A stretch of 64,000 nt of DNA from Sarea resinae (taxonomy: Eukaryota). The stretch is from contig JAPEUD010000051.1 of assembly GCA_026026165.1 (NCBI GenBank), forward strand, positions 124,001-188,000. Direction: 5' to 3'. The notes under the pieces were generated by a model. It was not told the origin of the DNA. It searched no databases and was given only the letters and a program-made list of their open reading frames with translations. The translations under genes were made by a program, and so were the position numbers. Below, in pieces: positions 25,659 to 38,759 of the stretch. The first letter of the stretch is position 1. Each line of letters opens with the position of its first letter.

Positions 25659-26224
25659 ATGAGCTTCAACGCGAAGAATCTCAGCTACGGTAGAGTCATC
25701 TCGCCCCGTTCATGTAAGGTAAGATATCGCTAAGACTCTAGCTAGAGAAAAAGGAGCCGAGCTTCCTTCAGAAATTGAAACGCGATTACGCGGGTAGCGA
25801 TTCTCACCGTCATCAGATACCTATTGCGCGTCCGCGGAGGCAAAGGGATGACGACATTGATGATGAGCCGGTTTATGTTGAGGAAGAGAGTAACGACACT
25901 ATCTCCAAAGCTGAATACGACGCATTGTTGCGCCAATCGGCTCAGAAAGTTTCGACCGAACGGGATCACGAGCCTGGAGAGGAGCAGGAAACAACCTCAC
26001 ATTCGGAAGTCGCAGGTGCAATGCTAGAGGCCGAGGAAGCTCCCCAAATCAGACAGAAGATCACCGAGGTTGGAGCTGGGTCGAGGAAAAGAAAAGCGCC
26101 GAAGGTTATCACAGAGGACGATAGAGAACCCTCCATTAGCAACACGAGTAAGCCTGGGAAAAAGAAAAAATCCCAGAAGAAGTCTGTTAAGCTGTCTTTT
26201 GGAGACGATGCTGAAGAGGGGTGA
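25659..26224 (+). CDS. Small charged conserved protein (DUF4604-like), 1 intron
   Basis: MSFNAKNLSY|…EPSFLQKLK N-terminus and KKKK…VKLSFGDD C-terminus, typical of this family as I recall it. Confidence 0.7.
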
Positions 26225-26783
26225 GACTTTGACGGTATTACAAGCATCCAGGCACCACAGTATATTCGTAGCTGCATAAGAGGCAAAGCCTTGAATCAGG
26301 CAGCGACCAGGCAGCGACTCCGCTGCGTCGGGCTTTCATCCTCTTCGCAGTCTTCGGACAGTGGCGACGGGCGCTTAGATTATACCTTCAAGAGGCTCGT
26401 AGGCTGCACTATCTATCTCCCCAGACGAAGGGGTATGCCAAGGCTGGCTCTCCTGTCAGGTCAGTCTATCAAAAGTCAAATCAGACTTCGTGCTCCGAAC
26501 TCATTCCTTTCTTGATTCGAACACCCAGAAGTGAATGTTAGAAGATGTTTCATAGTAAAAGCATGATATGCTTCAGCGTCGCCGTATGTAGATCAATGTT
26601 GATATTGCGCAGTAGAGCTTCTGCATAGAGTCGGGTCTTCGCTTCCGACCAATTGCGGTTTAGCGCCAATATGCTTTGCATGGAAACCGCGACTTAACGA
26701 GAAGTTTGGATATAGCTGGACTACCTGGACCTCTTGAATGAGCTCGATCAATCTACTACCGTTGTCAACGCCCAGTCATCACC

Positions 26784-28468
26784 ATGCTCTGCGCAAGTAA
26801 GCCACTTACCATACTGACTCCATTAATTTACCCCGCAGTTGCTGACTTTTTCTTCAGTCTCCGGTGAAGCGCCGCAGGCCCCTGTGGCTTCGCGCAAAAG
26901 CGGTACGTCCACCATTGATTCCAATCAAGCTACGTTCCTGGCTCTAATGATGACTTATAGGCAACGTATTTGAAAAGCGCTTGATTGAGGCATACATATC
27001 GGAGAATGGCAAGGACCCTGTCACCGGTGAAGAGCTCACAGTCGAGGACCTGGTGGACCTGAAATCGCCGCGTGTCGTTCGTCCACGACCTCCTACTCTC
27101 ACCTCGATACCTTCTTTGCTTTCTGTCTTCCAAAACGAATGGGATGCCCTAGCTCTGGAGACATACACTCTCCGACAACAGCTCACCCAGACACGCCAGG
27201 AATTAAGCACCGCATTGTATCAACACGATGCTGCCGTACGAGTCATCGCGAGATTGACACGGGAGAGGGATGAGGCGAGAGACGCACTATCAAAGGTCAC
27301 GGTAAATGCGGGTAGCAGGGTCAGCAATGGGGACGCAATGCAGGTGGATAACCAGGGGCTGCCAGATTCTGCGGCGGCCAAGGTCGATTCAACACAGGAG
27401 AGGTATGTTTCCATGCAGTGGAAGTCCACAGCCATTTCTGAGGGGTTCGTTACTCATTCAAATTGTCTGTAGGCTTTCAAAGACACGTCGCAAGCGTGCG
27501 GTACCTGATGGCTGGGCAACTTCGGAGACTATTCAGTCATTCGCTCCGATTGTCACCTCCGAACCACTTTACCCGGGGAGTAAGTCTGTGGCAGTCGATG
27601 CCTCCGGAGATCTAGCTCTGCTTGGTGGCTCTGACGGTATTGCGGGAGTATATTCTCTTTCTCAAAATAAACTCGTCAACGTCCTCAAGGTCGGAAACGG
27701 CGCCATCACAGATGCTTTATGGTGGGGCAACAAGGCTGTTGTCTCCACAGCCGCCGGCTCCATCAAGATCTTCGACAATGGCTCTGAAGTTGCCGCCTTC
27801 AGCTCTCATGCCGGCGCCGTCACCGCTCTAGCTCTACACCCCAGCGGCGAGCTTCTTGCATCCGCGGGCGTCGACAGCAGCTACATCATCTATGATCTTG
27901 CAGAACTCAAAACCGTCTCTCAAGTCTTCACCGATTCTCGTAAGTCTCTGCTCACTTGCACGTCCAAATACCATACCTATACTAACATCATCATCCACCA
28001 GAGCTCACATCTGCCGACTTCCATCCCGACGGCCACCTCCTCGCGGCCGGCGGCGCAGACGGCCAGATCAAGATCCACGAGGTCAAGTCCGGCGCCAATG
28101 CGGCCAACTTCTCCACGTCTGGCGGCCCCATCCAAGCCCTCTCTTTCTCCGAAAACGGCACCTGGCTCGCCTCGGCCACGCAAGGCCAGACGAGTATCAC
28201 CATCTGGGACCTGCGCAAGGCCTCGCAGCTCAAAGTACTGGATATCGGCAGCCGTGTTGATAACGTGCGATGGGATTATACGGGCCAGTTCCTTGCCGCG
28301 GCCGGCCCGGCGGGCATCGCCGTGCAGCAATACACGAAGGCGACCAAGGAGTGGTCCGAGCCGTTGAGGAGCGCGGTGCCTGCGTTGGCTGTGGAGTGGG
28401 GGCCCGGAGCGAATAGTCTGGTGGCCGTGAACGCGGAGGGTGCAGTGTCTGTTTTAGGTTCGAAGTAG
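26784..28468 (+). CDS. PRP19: Pre-mRNA splicing factor Prp19/Cwf8 (U-box + WD40), 4 introns
   Basis: MLCA|ISGEAP, VFEKRLIEAYISENGKDPVTGE, SIPSLLSVFQNEWDALALE, RQELSTALYQHDAAVRVIARL, followed by WD repeats. Confidence 0.96.
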
Positions 28469-28693
28469 CGAAAACATGAATGCGTTGCGGGGGGGAAGAT
28501 ATTAGGGAAGGCGGCGGGACGGTTAATCTCTGAATGCATGTTTTTGGCACTTGGGCGTCGTCGTTCTTCTAGATTGTATATTATTTCGAATGTTGAAAAA
28601 GTTCACGCCAGGCCTTTCATGTTCTATGCTTACTTGGTCTTTGCTCGTGTGATATGGGAACGAAGATGGGAATCGTAACCCTTTCGGGGATTG

Positions 28694-28811
28694 TGTAAGG
28701 ACCAGTAAATAGGCAAACCTGTTCCTACGTGAGCCATCCAAAAAGACTACTATGACCCGGCTCGTGCGGGCTATGCCTAATTGCCTACTATATAGCGCAG
28801 CGCACCTCACA
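28694..28811. mobile_element. 118-bp solo-LTR-like element, copy A
   Basis: Termini TGTAAGG…CCTCACA (TG…CA, short inverted ends), flanked by a perfect 5-bp duplication GATTG (28689-28693 and 28812-28816). An inverted paralog lies at 61338-61455. Confidence 0.8.
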
Positions 28812-29084
28812 GATTGATATTGGCAAAAGGCGCAACTATATGGGAAGCGAGTGAGAGAGCAAGGTCGACTACAGTTTTGAGGATTGAGTACCATTCCATC
28901 ACATCCAAGCAGACAGAGGACCACAGTGCCAATACATCTACCATATCATTTCTTCTATCTTATTGCTTTTGCTTTGCTTTCTCGCTAGCTAGCTAGGTGC
29001 GGTATCATGAAGCACGCACATATGTATATTCATTCATCTAAAGGTAAAATAGAAAAGCGCTGATAGATAGATGGGAAGAGATCG

Positions 29085-31279
29085 CTATCGGTGCGCCTCG
29101 GCCCATTTCCGATACCAATTCAGGCACTCGGCGTTGGCGACCGAGGCGGATAGCTTGACGTTCAAACCGCAGAGGATCTGCTTGACGGCGACTTCGACCC
29201 TGCATGAATGAATTAGTGTCGCTCTGACGCGCAAGCTGTCCAACGCTTGGGTGGTACTTACTTCTTGCCGTTCGTTGTGACTGGGATCTCAGGGCACTCG
29301 TCCACGATCCCAGGCACGTGGCGTGCGCTGAGCTCGCCGCGAATCTTCTTCTGGATCCCCTGCGCCAGCTCGGGCGAGTAGGAGTGTCTGGGCTCCATCT
29401 TGAGAAAGAGCACCACGGTCTCGTCGGCGTCCGTCTCGCGCCTCATGCCGATGCAGAGTGCGTCGTGGACTTGCTCGGGGAAATGCTCGAGGAGGACGTT
29501 GTAGATTTCCGCGCTTCCGAAACGCACGCCGGCTGGCTTGAGGATGCCGTCGCTGCGCCCCAGCATGATCAGGCCTCCGGTAGCCGGTTCGAAGCGGACG
29601 AAGTCGCCGTGGTGCCATACACCTGGGAACTGCTCGAAGTAGCTTCGTCGGTAGACGGCTTCGGAGTCGGAGCCCCAGAACATGACAGGTTGACATGGGA
29701 AGGGCTTGGTGCAGACAAGGTCGCCTGCTTCACCCTTCGCGGTCACATTGTGGCCCTGGTAGTCCCAGGCTTCGATGGCCATGCCAAGACCGCGGACTTG
29801 GATCTCGCCGGCGTAGACAGGCGAGATGACAGAGGGGGCCCCAAAGAGAGAGATGATGTCTGTTCCTCCAGTAATGGAGCCGAGATTGATATCGGGACCA
29901 AAGGCACGATAGACGTACTGGAAGGTAGATGGGGCAAGTGGGCTGCCGGTGCTGTATACGGCACGCAAGGTGTTCAGTGGAACGGTTTTCTTGGGCATGA
30001 CGTTCTTTTGCTCGAGGACCGAAAGATACTTGGCCGAAGTGCCGAAATGCGTGATGCCGAGCTCTTGGATTAGATTGGGCATTGCCATCTCTCCATGACC
30101 TGATTCCCCTAGAGGTCTGAAGGGAGAGCCATCGTAAAGAATGAGGGTTGCGCCGCTTGCAAGGCCGGAAACAAGCCAGTGCCACATCATCCAAGTACAT
30201 GTCGTGAAATAAAAGAGACGGTCCCCAGGTCGGATATCACACTGGATTTCATGCTCTTTTTTGTGCTGAATGAGTGTACCAATGGCACCGTGAACGATAC
30301 ACTTGGGCTTTCCTGTCGTTCCAGAGGAGTAGAGAATATAGACCGGATGGTCTGGCTGGAGCTGAGCGAATTCTAGCGGCTTGCCAGTATCACTTGCCTC
30401 GACAAATTCTTTGTAGGACCAGGCCTTGCCGCGAGGGACATGGAGATCCTCCGTCTTGAGCTTCTCAGTTGGCACAGTGGGGAATATGACTGCTGCGGTC
30501 AGTTCTGGAAGATCTTCCACCACGGCCTTGACCTTCTCGTGCGCGCCATGTGTCTTGCCGTTGTACACAACGGCGTTATCGGCGAAAAGGAGAGTTGGCT
30601 GGATCTGCCTCAGTCTTTCCAGGACGGCATGAACACCTGTGTCCGGGGAAATGGCCGTCCAAATAGCTCCGATCGATGTCGTAGACAACATGGCAACCAG
30701 GGCATTCACATGGTTACCAATGTATCCGGCGACCCGATCTCCTTCCTTGACACCCTCTCTCCTCATGGCTCCAGCGCATTGCCTTACTCTCTCACGCAGC
30801 TCCTTCCACGATACATATTCTCGGCCATTCTCGGTTGCCGCAATGACGGCCGGACTGTTCTCATCGACCGTCTTCGTAGGGTATAGGAGATTCTCAGCGA
30901 AATTCAGCCTGGCTCCTTCAAAGAAGGCCGGACGCGGGAAGATGGGGGCATTTTCATCCAGGACCTGGCTTGATTAGCCTGCAGAAAGCATCAAACGAAG
31001 CAACGAAGACGGTCATGTGTGCACCTTCTCGAATGGGCGTGAAGCTCTGATACCAGTGAAGTGCCAGACCTCGTGCCAGAACTGGGCGATGTTGTGCACG
31101 CTCCAGTCGTACAGGGACTTGTAAGACGTCAATTGAGTTCCATGCTTCTTGTTGATCAACTGCATCAACTCGTAAATGCGTGTCGACTCGGGATGGTGGT
31201 TGCGCCATAGCTCCGGTGCCCCCACCACAGCTGGAGTGGCCGTACCATTGGAGGGCTTGGGAATTCCGTCACCGCTCAT
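29085..31279 (-). CDS. Acetoacetyl-CoA synthetase (ANL family), 2 introns
   Basis: YILYSSGTTGKPKCIVH, WMMWHWLVSGL, GSITGGTDI, WHHGDF, GRSDGILKPAGVRFGSAEIY, PVTTNGKK|VEVAVK. Confidence 0.93.
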
Positions 31280-33552
31280 CCTCACGACGGGACGGCGGAT
31301 GGAGTACAGTTTAGGAAGACGGTGATGACGACGGCAACAGGAGCGAGAGAATGACAGCACGTTCATTCAAAGATTCATATCAACAATCATCAACAATCAT
31401 CATTCGGTAGTGGTCATGGCAAAAGAAATCAATCATCTAGTCTTAGTTCTATCTTAGGTCCTATTCGAGTAAGGGAGGTCGCAGCTCATCATCATGCCCG
31501 AGGTAGGATTGTTGAGATAAAAAAGGACGGAGAGCTCCGGAACGAATGAGAGCGGCGAGGGGAGGATAGAATGATGAAGTGAAGTGGCTTGTCTTTTCCG
31601 CCCCGCAGTCGCTCCGTCAATATCACCCCGCTGCCCCATCTCGCCCTCCCCATGGGACGGGATGGGATGGGATGGGATGGCTGGGGGTCCATCGACTTTC
31701 CCTCCCACCTCTCACCCTTCTCGGCATATTGGCCTTTTCCCTACTCGTACACCTTCACTTCCGTTCCGAAGTCGCCTCCTCCACCGGCAGCGATCAGCAG
31801 CACAGCAGCCAATGGCTACTCGAAGTAGTAAGCGGAGCCTCTCAAGGTCTGCTGGTCCTCTTAGGGCATGAGACCTTCCCACATGCAGTAAGTTCTCGCC
31901 CGAGTGAGGGATACAGTGCCATCATCACTTACGGCTGTACGCCGCTGTAGTCCGGAGTACTGCGTAGAGTAGGTACTGTGTAGCCCGAGAGTACATACCT
32001 AAGGTAAGGTAGTAATGGATCCGTGCAATAGAGTACTCTACATAGTACAGTATCTCGATTGTGCGCGGCAGAAAAGGTGGACTGTGCAGTGCATAACCAG
32101 ACCAGTTGTGCCTGGCTAATTGAAAATGAGGGACATGGATGCTAGGTAGTGGCTACCGGGAAACTCCACCCACGAGGGCGCAGAGGACTGGTATCCTGTA
32201 CCACCGCGACCGTTAGCTTACCTAACCGAATGCCCATATCCCCTTGAAGCCAGTAGTAGTCAGTCAGGCATCCGCACGGGTCGCTTCCGCTGCCTCCTTG
32301 TTCCACCCCGAGCCGGAGCGCAGTCAGTCAGGTAATGCTGGAGTGACGGACTGCAGCACGGCGTTCACGGGCTTGAAAAGCTCCGCTTGTACCGCAGCAT
32401 GACAGTATGATAGGTAATGTACCCGGTTCGGATGATCCCTCGATCCAGTGAGTGCTTCATACTTGTACCTTTCCACCGGAACTGCCTGCAGAGATACCTA
32501 CCTTCCCCCAAATCCGAGGACAGTGGACAGTCCACTGGCCGGGCACTCGACCTGGAGCTAAAAGGATCTTCGTCTAAGGTAGGTACTCGGTACTTCTCAG
32601 TACCTCGCGTCAAAGCGTTCCAGCCACTTCACACGCCGACCAGACGGTACGGCGTCCAAGTAGGCAGGACTAAAATCATAGCTTTCTTCCCTTCTGGCTG
32701 CTGGCCTGGCTACCGCCGTGTACTAAGGCAAAAAGGCAAAAGGCAAAAGGTACCTAGAAGGTAAATGTAATTTCCCATATCCGCCGCTCCTTCTTCCTCT
32801 CCCTCATCTCTCTTACCCGCCTCTCTCCTTGTCGGCCTTCTCCCCTCTTGCCCTTTTCATCTTCTTTGGCTGCTGCTGCTGTTCGCTGTTGCTGCTCCGA
32901 CTGCTTTGTTTTGTCTTCGTTGCTGTTGCCTGTGTCTATCGACCCATCTCACCTTCAGTCTCGCAGCAGCAGAACGCAGCAGGATCGAGCCCGATAGCTG
33001 TCGGCAAGGTACTCGAGAACAAATTGCAACTGCAACCGAAGCGGTGAGAACTTTCACGCGCTCCTTCTGCTTGCTGCAGCGATTGCCTTCCTGCAATATC
33101 GGCCACCTCATCGAACGGCAGACAACGGTCAATGCTCCTTCGGGAAGATCAGGAAAGAAGTGGCGGTAAGCATCTTCAGTCCTGTCCTCGTTCAAGTGAC
33201 CACTGTGCCGCACAATCCCTATTGCTGTGTGGTGCATTCTGTCATGGACACACCTTAAAATCAGGCTCTTGATGAGCTCTTGGGGGGGTTTCGTTGCTTT
33301 CTCATCCCAGTACCATTTGACAATAATGCAAACTGCTCTTCACTGATGTAGCTATCATCATCGTGCTAATGATTACCGTTTTCAGAAGCATCTCTCAATT
33401 GAGCTCCCTTGATCAACGCCCCAGTCTCATTGAGATCAGCTTTCCGACTGCATAGTCTTGATTAGTCCGAGCAATCGTCGCAACAAAGGTTTATCCTCCT
33501 GACGGTCAGGCTTTGTTTTGACCTCTCCACGATATATCGTGATCGAATTGCG

Positions 33553-35619
33553 ATGCCTCGTCGATCGACCAATCCGTTCGCCACCACCATTCCATCCTCC
33601 GAGCCGACGTCCTTCGCCTCAGGCAACGAAAAGGGCGTCGGTCGACGACCTTCCAGCTCACGAGGGAATCGTTTGACACATTTCTTTTCAACGTCTCCCA
33701 AGTCCAAGGGCAGTGACTCCCACTCTGCATCCTCAGCACTGCTTGCGGCGGCGGCGGCTCAGCAGCAAGCGCAGCTTAATTCTCCTTCACCGCAGATTAG
33801 CTCTGCATCACTGTCTCTACCGACTATATCCCTTTCCACTGCTACAGCCGACAGTTCAAATATGGTCGAGCCTCCAACGACGCTCTTTCAACCGCCATCT
33901 CCTGCCGAAGCCCGGCGGATAGCTAGATCCCACGCTCAGTTTGGCCCACTCGGTCACCCTAGCCACAGATACACCAGTCGCTTTGAGGGCGATGAATTTC
34001 CAGAGCCCGTAATGGATGAGCCGCCTTACTATTTCGTGCTCACGACCTATATCAGTTATCTGATCCTGATCATATTTGGTCACGTTCGAGACTTCTTCGG
34101 AAAGAGATTTCGAGAACAGCATTACCGGCATCTCAAGACCCAGAATGGCTACGCACCTTTGAATAGCGACTTTGATAATTTTTATGTTCGCCGATTGAAG
34201 ATGCGAATCAATGATTGCTTCGCCAGGCCGGTCACGGGTGTTCCGGGAAGATATATAACTCTTCTTGACCGGAAGTCCGACAACCACAATCTTACCTTCC
34301 AGCTTACCGGCACCACCACGGAGACCCTGAACATGAGTTCCTACAATTACCTTGGCTTTGCCCAATCCGATGGTCCTTGTGCCGATGCCGTCGAGGCCTG
34401 CGTTAAGAAATACGGCATCTCAACCGCCGGCACTCGAGCTGACGCTGGTACTTGCGACTTGCATCTTGAAGTCGAAGAATTGATCGCTAGGTTCGTGGGG
34501 AAGCCAGCTTCAATGGTCTTTTCTATGGGCTTTGGTACCAACGCGACTGCGTTCTCAGCTCTAGTCGGAAAGGGTTGTCTGATCATTTCGGACGAGCTGA
34601 ATCATGCGTCGATCCGCTATGGCGCTAGATTGTCAGGGGCAATGATTGAAATGTTTAGACACAATGATATGCACGATCTTGAAAAGCTTTTGCGGGAGGT
34701 CATCTCTCAAGGGCAGCCGCGGACGCACAGACCCTGGAAGAAGATTCTAGTTGTTGTTGAAGGTCTCTACTCGATGGAGGGCTCCATGTGCAACTTGCCC
34801 GGAATTCTTTCGCTGAAAAAGAAGTACAAGTTCAATCTCTTTGTGGACGAAGCACATTCTATCGGAGCTCTTGGTCCTTCTGGAAAGGGGGTCTGTGACT
34901 ATTTCGGTGTTGACCCTGCAGAAGTCGACATCCTGATGGGAACTCTCACCAAGTCTTTTGGTGCCAACGGAGGATACGTCGCGGCTGAGAAAGCAATTAT
35001 TGATAAATTGCGAGTCATCAACGCCGGGTGCATATTCGGAGAGGCCCCTACTCCACCAGTACTGGTGCAAATTATGAGCTCGCTCAAGATCATCAACGGT
35101 GAGGCTTCTCCAGGCCAGGGTGAAGAGCGCCTACAAAGATTGGCATTCAACTCGCGATATCTGCGCCTCGGTCTTAAACGTCTCGGTCTCATTGTTTACG
35201 GCAATGATGATTCGCCTGTCATTCCTGTGCTTCTCTACAACCCCGCAAAGATGCCAGCATTCTCTCACGAAATGCTCAAGCGAAAGATTTCAGTCGTCGT
35301 CGTGGGCTATCCAGCCACACCCCTCATCTCATCTCGAGCCAGATTCTGTGTTTCAGCTGCTCACACCAAAGACGATCTCGACAGGCTGCTCACTGCTTGT
35401 GATGAAATCGGCAATGTCTTGCAGTTGAAATTCTCAAGCGGCTCTGCGGGTGGTGCCGAACCACTACCGGAGGGCGTGACTCCCGAGATGGAGAAATCGT
35501 GGGCGGCTAGCAACAAAACCACTAAACCAAACGGCCAAGCTCTCATCACCCCTCCACGCTGGCGTCTTGAAGAAGTTCTTCGCAAAACCGTGCATGACGT
35601 CAAGCTTCCCTTGAGATGA
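33553..35619 (+). CDS. LCB2: Serine palmitoyltransferase catalytic subunit Lcb2
   Basis: LNMSSYNYLGF, SDELNHASI, EGLYSMEG, DEAHSIG, PLP-lysine motif GTLTKSFG, GYPATPL, SRARFC. Confidence 0.96.
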   Translation: MPRRSTNPFATTIPSSEPTSFASGNEKGVGRRPSSSRGNRLTHFFSTSPKSKGSDSHSASSALLAAAAAQQQAQLNSPSPQISSASLSLPTISLSTATADSSNMVEPPTTLFQPPSPAEARRIARSHAQFGPLGHPSHRYTSRFEGDEFPEPVMDEPPYYFVLTTYISYLILIIFGHVRDFFGKRFREQHYRHLKTQNGYAPLNSDFDNFYVRRLKMRINDCFARPVTGVPGRYITLLDRKSDNHNLTFQLTGTTTETLNMSSYNYLGFAQSDGPCADAVEACVKKYGISTAGTRADAGTCDLHLEVEELIARFVGKPASMVFSMGFGTNATAFSALVGKGCLIISDELNHASIRYGARLSGAMIEMFRHNDMHDLEKLLREVISQGQPRTHRPWKKILVVVEGLYSMEGSMCNLPGILSLKKKYKFNLFVDEAHSIGALGPSGKGVCDYFGVDPAEVDILMGTLTKSFGANGGYVAAEKAIIDKLRVINAGCIFGEAPTPPVLVQIMSSLKIINGEASPGQGEERLQRLAFNSRYLRLGLKRLGLIVYGNDDSPVIPVLLYNPAKMPAFSHEMLKRKISVVVVGYPATPLISSRARFCVSAAHTKDDLDRLLTACDEIGNVLQLKFSSGSAGGAEPLPEGVTPEMEKSWAASNKTTKPNGQALITPPRWRLEEVLRKTVHDVKLPLR

Positions 35620-38600
35620 CCGCCAAGTTTTGTATTCTCCCATACTGAGTATGGTCTGAAGGACAGTGTCACGAGTTTGTGTAACCCATCTGCCGAGCTC
35701 GTGGCTCCTTCGCTCTGTACTCTATTCTGCTTGCACGTGGGACGGTTGCAGGTTTCTTTCAGTGCGACATGGTTTGCGGGTCACAACTAAATCTGACCGA
35801 GGGCGTTGAGAAACTGAGTTACCTTGGGCGTTGAAGATGCTTTGTATGTCCATACACGACTGTCGTTGCTGAGGCTCTTGGCTTATTAGCCGCTAGCTTG
35901 GACTACCATTCTCATGGCTGCAGCACCGATACTCTGCAGGAGTCAAGACTGCGATGTATCATTACTATCGGCGCTTAATAACTAATATTCACCATGCTTC
36001 GAATCCGCTGTACATAGATTCGCTCAGAGCGACTTAGTATGAATCAACCTTTGGACTGGTTCCGCAGGTTTCAATGGACTGCCTACGTTGTAGAGTTTGC
36101 TATCTTTGGGCTCACACTTTGCCTTGACGTAGAACTCACGCTAGTTGTCGAGCATCGCGTGCTCCCACATAAAAGGTCTCTCCATGGTTGTGCGCGGCTG
36201 AGAAGAACTCAGCTGGTGGGAAGACGGATGGTAGGGCGTACGTAAGAGCCTTGGAGAGGGATTACCTTACTGCGGCCAAGACGTCGTGGTAGGTCTCCCA
36301 GAACCTTCTATCATTTCGAGTACACACACCGGATCTTAGTACTCCGGAGTCTGGCGGCATCGCCAGAGACCCTCGAGATGGATGGGGGCTGAATCAACCA
36401 ACGAGTCTTACTGAAGTAGGCTTCCTCATGATTCCCTGTTTCGCGAGCGCTCGAAAGGCTCCCGACGCCGCGTCCTCGGCGACCTTTGCGCGCTGATACC
36501 GAAGTCTGGACACTGACAGCTTACATAGCTATACTAAGAATCTCTTATCCAACAATACAAGCAATTTGACCTCAGCTCTTCCAACTTTTTTTTTTTTCGC
36601 CTAGTACGGACACTATGGTTGGGAATGAAGCAGTATAAGTGTTGATTGGCCAAGGGCCAGAGGAAGCATGACCCTTCCCGTACCTTGCAGACATCAGTTG
36701 CAAATCTCACGAAATCGGGCAGCATGCCACCATCTCTGCAGCCAATCATGGCCAGCACCAACAAAGACGGCGCCGGCTCTCTGCGCCATGATCCATGGAT
36801 GATGTTATGACAGTCCTCGCCGTTTCATCGGCCTCGTCCGCAAGGCCGTCAGAGATGCGTAACAACAGTAATTGATAATCAGAAGGTTCGCAAGGAATAG
36901 CAAGGAAACGTTCATGTCCATGTTCACGTTCATGTTTCAACATGCGATGGGATGCGATGCGATACGATGCGATGCCGATGCGATGCCAAGCTACACGATG
37001 CCTGTTACCTGCAGGCGTCCAAGTCCCTTTCAGCTCCGTTGCCTGGCAAAGCTACCTTGCGCGGGCAGTACACACCTCAGGTAAGGTCCGGCAGGAGTAA
37101 GATCCAACACACAATACATAGTAGTCGGGAGCTGGAGTAGAAGGTGGTGGTGGCTTGGTACAGAGCTGGAGCACGAAACAGGAAATCCCACCACAATAGT
37201 ATCGTACCCAGATGCGGTTCGCTTGTTGCGATCAAAAGGCATGGATTGATGGATGAAACACCGTAGTCACCTACAGTACCGACGACTAACTTACCTACCG
37301 ATCCATATACATAGTAGTAGATTACGAAGTAATCAGAATGTCGTCCGTACTACTATGTACAGGGAGAAAAAGATCCCGGAAGACCCGTCACCCGAGCGAG
37401 AGGGGCCTGCCATCACCGCCATCACTGCCATCATAGTGGTCAGCCCGAAAGTACTCAATCTCACCTTACCACGCCTGCTAGGGAGATACCGTGCCTAGTA
37501 GTAGCATCCGTCCCTTAGGCTGCTTTAGGCACACATATTCGCGCGGGAGATGATGATATCTTACCCTGAACCAAGGGCGACCACCTAGTAGTATGGAGGT
37601 ACTATGAGTACTCGCGAGTACCGCCAACTGACCCTGCTAGGACATCATCGTGCCTGAGAAGAAGAAAGAAGGGCCAGGAGGACGGGAGGGCAGGTCGTTC
37701 AAACGTCTGTCCCCCTTAAGCACAGGTATTCTCCCGACAGGCTCGGGACGACTCATGCGTGTATTGGACAAGTCGATTTGCGAGCGCGGCAACTTGGTTG
37801 CTTGACCTGACCGGACCTGGCCATTCCTGTCCATTCCTGTCCATTTTCTGCTCCCCCTCGTCCTGACTGCTGCTGCTGCTGCTGCCTGGGTTACTGTCAT
37901 GCATACCATGGCGGGCAGATGATCGAGGACACCATCACGGCTGGATCTCTCCGCCCCATTGGTCTCAGCCTTAATCCCGTCACTAAGGGTGACGAATCCT
38001 GACTGCAATCGAGCACGCCTCCACCGTCGACCGCCCACCGTCCACCATGATCCCTCCAGCGACCAGGGGTGTCGACCCCTCTAAGACGTCCCAATCATGC
38101 CCAATGCTATACTACGGAGTACATGGTACTCATAGTACCTTACTCAGGCATACCATAACATGATCGGCCTTTGCCTACTTTGGTCTCCGGATGGTCGGGG
38201 GGGAGGTGCGGGCACCCCTGGCGTGACGCATACTGATGGATGTATTCGATCGTACTGGCCCGTAGCCCGTAGGCTGTAGGCTGGAGGCTGTAGGCTGTAG
38301 GGCGGGCAGTATCAACATCAAAGAGATAGGAAGGCAGACAATTTTTCATCAAGGCAGATTTTGTCTCTCTTTCCCTCACTACTCCTCCTATACTCTCTCT
38401 CTCTCCCCCCACCCCGCACACCACCCTTAAGAATGTTGCCGTCGCTTGCTTTCCTCTACGATCATATTACTGCTGATGCTACCACTGCACTACACTACAC
38501 CACAATACACATGTCGCATCTTGCTTCCCGATCATCTGTTCTACGGCTCCGCCACCATTCTGTTCGGCATATGATATCTATCCGAAGTCTCACCCCCCAG

Positions 38601-38759
38601 CCCGGGTACCTGTCGCGGTAGCCTACCCTTCTCATCATAGAAAACCCTGTGACTCTCTTCCTCTCTCTCCTTCTCTACTTTGTCCTACTTTCCATCTTCT
38701 GCGTTTGTTCTTCGTTATCACCTTGAAGGGTCATAGAGGCTCTCGTTTGCTCTCTCACT

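Noticed and set aside
28705..28812. The 118-bp repeat read as an introner-like element (GTAAAT…CACAG), a MITE or an ncRNA
   Set aside because: Homology extends to TG…CA ends with 5-bp TSDs in both copies, neither copy interrupts a gene, and copy B lacks a branch consensus. A solo LTR fits better.
29318..30073. Long antisense ORFs over real genes (also 7356-7961, 46025-46507, 51626-52219)
   Set aside because: They are shadows of GC-rich codon usage with no recognisable protein features.
33268..33348. TGATGA…CTGA in the LCB2 UTR intron as a C/D snoRNA
   Set aside because: No terminal stem and no recognisable rRNA-complementary guide.
11437..35619. PHS1, mannosyltransferase, acetoacetyl-CoA synthetase and LCB2 as a lipid gene cluster
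   Set aside because: They are spread over 24 kb and interleaved with unrelated housekeeping genes.
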